DNA of 64,000 nt, taken from the human T2T-CHM13v2.0 reference genome, Homo sapiens. The notes below the pieces were generated by a model that was not told where the DNA came from, did not search any database, and saw only the letters and a list, made by a program, of their open reading frames with translations. The DNA lies in NCBI RefSeq assembly GCF_009914755.1, contig NC_060935.1; one strand, 5' to 3'. Shown piece after piece: positions 58,450-64,000 of this stretch. The number at the start of each line of letters is the position of its first letter. The first letter of the stretch is position 1. The position numbers and the translations under genes were made by a program.

Positions 58450-58930
58450 GAGGGCGAGGACTCGCAGGACAAAACTTGGTTTCCTTCCATTCTCTGCTCC
58501 TCGGGAGGGCCTGGGCTCGCTAGGTGTAGAACAAGGAGAAAGGGGTAGAGGGGAAGAGTCGGGTCGAACCCCAGCGAGGGACCCGGCCTTCCCTGGAGGA
58601 GAGGATCGTACTCGCGCCAGGAGTATGGACTCACCCAGGGAGTGCTTGGGCGGAGAAGCAGCCTCTGCTCCAGGCCTTCCGCTGCGGCACCTAAAGAGGC
58701 CGGGCGGCCCAGAGGCCCGCAAGCCACGCCCCCTTCCAGGCCCCGCCTCCGTTTGGCCACTCCCCTTGCTGTCAGCTCTTCCACCAGTTCCTGCCCCTGC
58801 CCCTTTCCTCCCACGCATCCGCACCCGAGCAGCCCCACCTGCTAAGCCACGCCCCCTGTCCTGTGCTGTCCTGCACTCCCAGGTGCCCCACGCTTTCCCA
58901 CCCTCCCAGTCAACCGGCGCAGGGAGCCTC
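58450..58930 (-). promoter_or_regulatory. Small CpG-rich promoter with SP/KLF GC boxes; putative non-coding first exon ending at 58635
   Basis: Densest non-Alu CpG cluster in the window; aagccacgccccct at 58721 and 58844, ccccgcctcc at 58741; minus-strand donor CTGG|GTGAGT at 58635/58634. Confidence 0.7.
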
Positions 58931-59105
58931 ATCATTATTAGTGCGTGGACAATCACATGTAACAAAATGAGCTAACGTGCAGTTATCTACCAGGTGCCAG
59001 GCTCTGTCCTAAGTGTTCTACACATAAACGTTAAGTTACCAGTATTGTGCTTATTTTATAATTGGGAGACTGAGACATAGGTTGGTTAAAAAGTTTAAGA
59101 CTTTT

Positions 59106-59790
<685 letters not shown>

Positions 59791-60068
59791 AACAATAATT
59801 ATTATAAAAGGGAAGAGGAACAAAAGGGAATCCTGGGAACACCAAGGATAAGTAGACAATGAGACAACAGGAAAGGAGGAGAGGAGAAGTCGGAGAGATG
59901 GAAGAAGGAAGACAGCAAAGACGCCAAGTGAGACGCCCGCACCTGGTGCATCGTAGTTGCAGGATAACGACTTGCTGAATGCAAGGTGGAGCCGTGTCCC
60001 TAGGAGGGAAGTGCTCAACAGGTCACAGAGAAGTTGTGGAGGATGAGAACTCTAAAGAGGCCACTGGA

Positions 60069-60387
<319 letters not shown>

Positions 60388-61361
60388 TTAATAAAGTTCA
60401 TTTGTATGAAAATATTTTGAAATATTTTTAATAGTACTTGACCAATGGCTTCCAAAAGGGAGTTAATAATGATCTGTCCAGTGTTCTCATCTTTTGAGAT
60501 ACAGGCTCATGACCTTGGAAGGGTGGCAATCATAGAAGATATGTCCTCTGCAGTGTGAAGTTTCTGACACTGGTTTACATGAGTATGATTAGCAGTGTAC
60601 TGTGGTATTCAGTGAAGCTGGCCAACAGTGTAAGCATTCCAAAGTTCATGCTTTGGCCTGGAGGACCTGAGTCACAATGACTGACGCAAGACAGTATTGC
60701 CCAGAAGTTATGGGCTGGTGGGCTGATTAATGGTCTCAGCATGAAGCTTTGGGTCTCTAACCCTGACAGATCATTAGCTCCCAGCAAATGTCCAGCCTCT
60801 GAAGGTCGTGGTTATTATTACAAACCAATAGATACATGAATTACATAAAACAAAGCAAATGACCTTTTTATGTGCTAGGGATATTTAAAAACTAAGCTGT
60901 ATATTTCCGTGAATACAGAGTCTGTTTGGAGCATAAATCTTTGCTGAACTTTCACAAAGCAAAAGCAGAGACTGAAGAACCATACTTCACTGTTAATGTC
61001 TCATTAAATTTTAACCACTGCAGTCATGGTTAAGGAGATATTTTTATTATAATCCAGCATTTTCAGGACCTTACAATTTAACTTAGTTCCACATTCTCTT
61101 TTGGTGAATTAATTATTTTTATATTGGTCTCTCACTCAAGAAATATGAATGTTTGAAGTTTGATAAAACTTAATCAGTACTTAAGGTAATTTAAATGTTA
61201 GAAAAGAGAAAATCCTCACATACAGAGTAATATATTATTATATGGGGAAACTATTAAGCCCCTATTGGGAACAAACATTGTTCAGCCTCTGTTTCTCTGT
61301 TGAGTACAGTATGTTTCAGTGAAAAATACATACGGTACCACCATAAACTGGTGGTATGTAA

Positions 61362-61676
<315 letters not shown>

Positions 61677-62042
61677 TCAGAAACTCTATAGTATGTGAAA
61701 AGGAAACCAAAAGCACTACTGGAATCATTGTCTACTTGTTTAGTTCTACTTTACCTGGGGGTCGGGGGGTTGGGCTAACAAAAAGGGACAAATGAAAACA
61801 GGGTAGACGGCAACAATTCCACTAATAAGGACCACGTTAGTTACTGGGATGGGGCTGGGGATCAGAGCTCCTTGGTACTAAGGCCCAGAGGGAAACTTCA
61901 TAACCAGATGTAACTGTCATCAGAAAGGGGAAAATGTGGGAGGTCCTTCAGGAAAACAAACTATTGAAGTTTAGAAGCCTGTTAAAGTTTAATCATGTCC
62001 CATTCTCTTTGGCCATTAGACTGTGGTACCTTAGTGACACTT

Positions 62043-62438
62043 TGTTATAGACTGAATTGTAGCCCATCAAAATGAGTATGTAAAAGCCCTAACTCACGAT
62101 GTGACTGTTTCTGGGATAAGGCCTTTAGGAGGGAAATAAAGTTAAATGAGGTCACAAGCATGGGGCCCTAAGTTGAAAGGACGATGGCCTTATAAGATAA
62201 GGAAGAGAGAACTGTCTCTCTTCCTCTTGTATCCCGCCCCAGAAATGGCCCCCTCTTGTGAACACACAGCCAGAAGGCAGCCATCGGCAAGCCAGGAAGA
62301 CAGCCCTCACTAGAACTTGACCATGCTGGCACCTTGAGCCTATACTTCTAGCCTCCAGAACTGTGAGAAAATAAATTTCTGTTGTTTAAGCCACCCAGTA
62401 TGTGGTATTTTGTTATGGCAGCTGAGCAAACTAATGCA
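62043..62438 (+). mobile_element. MLT1A-type MaLR solo LTR
   Basis: tgttatagactgaattgt...gcaagccaggaag..gccctcac..cctccagaactgtgagaaaataaatttctgttgtttaagccacccagt. Confidence 0.9.
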
Positions 62439-63565
62439 CGCTTAGACATAATCCATGCAGTCACCCTTAAGACATGAGTACACTGTACAGTCAGATGTCA
62501 GGCAAACTGGGTCTGCTGCTGGCACTCTATTTCCTTCCATGGCTTGTCAATGTAGATGACAGCAGGATCTGGTTAGGTGTCTTTACCTGTCCTATAAACT
62601 GCAAGATAATAATAAACACATAAATAAACAAGACTCTTCCTTTATGTCACACAGTAAAGTCACAAGTTCTCTTTAACAAGCTATACGGTGAGCCTATTAA
62701 ATCAGTTTGTTTTTAACAAATAAAAAAGATGGGGTGTCTTACACAGATGCACAATAATAGGAGGCTGATAAATTATGATGCTTTGACTACATCACTATAA
62801 ACTTTGCTTTAGGAAATTTTGAAAAATATATGCGATATAATATTAAGTAAAAAGTTAAAGAAGACATTCTGTGATTACCATGACTTAAAAACTATAAAGA
62901 TAATGTAAAAATGAAAATAATTCTAATACATGGTTGAAATGCAAATCAATTTTTCCCTACATTTTGATTTTGTGCATGTTGCAAAATGTTCTTTTTTATT
63001 ATTTACAATTTAAAAAAATAAATTCAAAAGCACCTGTGGGTATCTTCTGTGGAGAACTGTCTTTTACTGTCAAATTGACGGTGCCTTTTATTAGTTATTG
63101 AAAATTCCAATTGTAATTAAAGTTTCATTTGATTGCTAGTACTGTCATCTTAAATACACAGAGTCAAAATTGACTAAATCAAGCCGACCAAATGTTTCAA
63201 TTTTAATGAGATCTGAAAGTTCTAATTTAGCAAAATACCTTCAAAAGACTTGCTCAAGTTGAATATTGTGGTAATTAGATATATTCATCTCACTATAAAC
63301 ATCAAGATTGTCCAATGCAAGATAAAAAGGAGATGGTATTCTTTTAAAAAAAAAATAAAATAAAAAGGAAAGTATTCAACCCTCACGAAAACTGGATCTT
63401 GATTGCTAGGTATGAGTGGATAACAAAGGCCTCAACATTGATTCATTCATTTATTCAATTCACATTCACTAATCACTTAAAGGACAGTGATTTAAGGCAC
63501 AGGCTGGAGAGCCGGATTGTCTGGGTTTAAATATCTACTGCATCACTTACTAGAGTTCTGATCCT

Positions 63566-63980
63566 GTGTATTAGTCAGGATGAGTTAGGTTTGCTATGAT
63601 AACATATCAAAACCCAAATCTCAGTGGCTTAAAACATCAAGGTTTATTTCCTACTCGTGCTACATGTTCATGTGGAGGAGAGGGAGCTCTGCTCCACAGA
63701 ATCACTCAGGAATCCAGGATTATGGAGACTCTAATGTCTTGCAACTACATATGTACTTCAACTCTTTTGAGCACTGGAGGGTCTCATATCAGCAGTTAAA
63801 TGCTAAGGCAGAAAAGTGGCCCATAGCACAGAAGTGACACATATCAATTCTACTCATAGCTTATTGACCATTACTAGTCACAAGGCCACCTAACTGCAAG
63901 AGGGTAGGAAAGTGATCCTCCCACATGCCTGGAAATAGAGGAGACCCAGGGGAGGGTGAGCACTAAAAGCCTCTATGGCA
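63566..63980 (-). mobile_element. MLT1K/L-type MaLR LTR
   Basis: tgtattagtcagga..aaatctcagtggcttaaaaca...gaagtgacacat...ctagtcac..ggccacctaactgcaag. Confidence 0.8.
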
Positions 63981-64000
63981 TCTCAAGCAAATTACTTAAT

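Noticed and set aside
58400-58975. Overlapping 144-191 aa ORFs on both strands
   Set aside because: Pro/Gly/Arg-rich products expected from stop-poor GC-rich promoter DNA; no recognisable domain

Overview
Primate (human or great-ape) repeat-rich DNA, judged from its AluY and L1PA2 copies. I find no intact protein-coding gene. Most of the window is interspersed repeats (Alu, L1, L2, MIR, CR1, MLT/MER LTRs, hAT elements). The non-repeat highlights are: (1) a minus-strand processed pseudogene of UBE2D4 (~5.47-6.87 kb), apparently copied from a non-canonical isoform with a foreign 5' segment and a 57-nt in-frame insert, both at exon junctions; (2) a CpG/GC-box promoter at ~58.5-58.9 kb with a minus-strand splice donor, followed by a 1.37-kb Lys-rich exon-like block with decayed reading frames (53.3-54.7 kb) and weaker exon candidates, together a candidate unitary pseudogene or lncRNA I cannot name; (3) a ~1.05-kb L1 3' transduction with TSD, AATAAA and A-tail (40.8-41.8 kb), inside a patchwork of short locally templated duplications (40.6-42.2 kb); (4) a twin-primed (5'-inverted) L1PB carrying an inverted 47-bp copy of sequence 1.2 kb away; (5) a 21/22-bp minisatellite dense in E-boxes and 5' splice-site motifs (~30.0-30.55 kb). 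Repeat subfamily names and the UBE2D4 match come from remembered consensus sequences and need RepeatMasker/BLAST confirmation.
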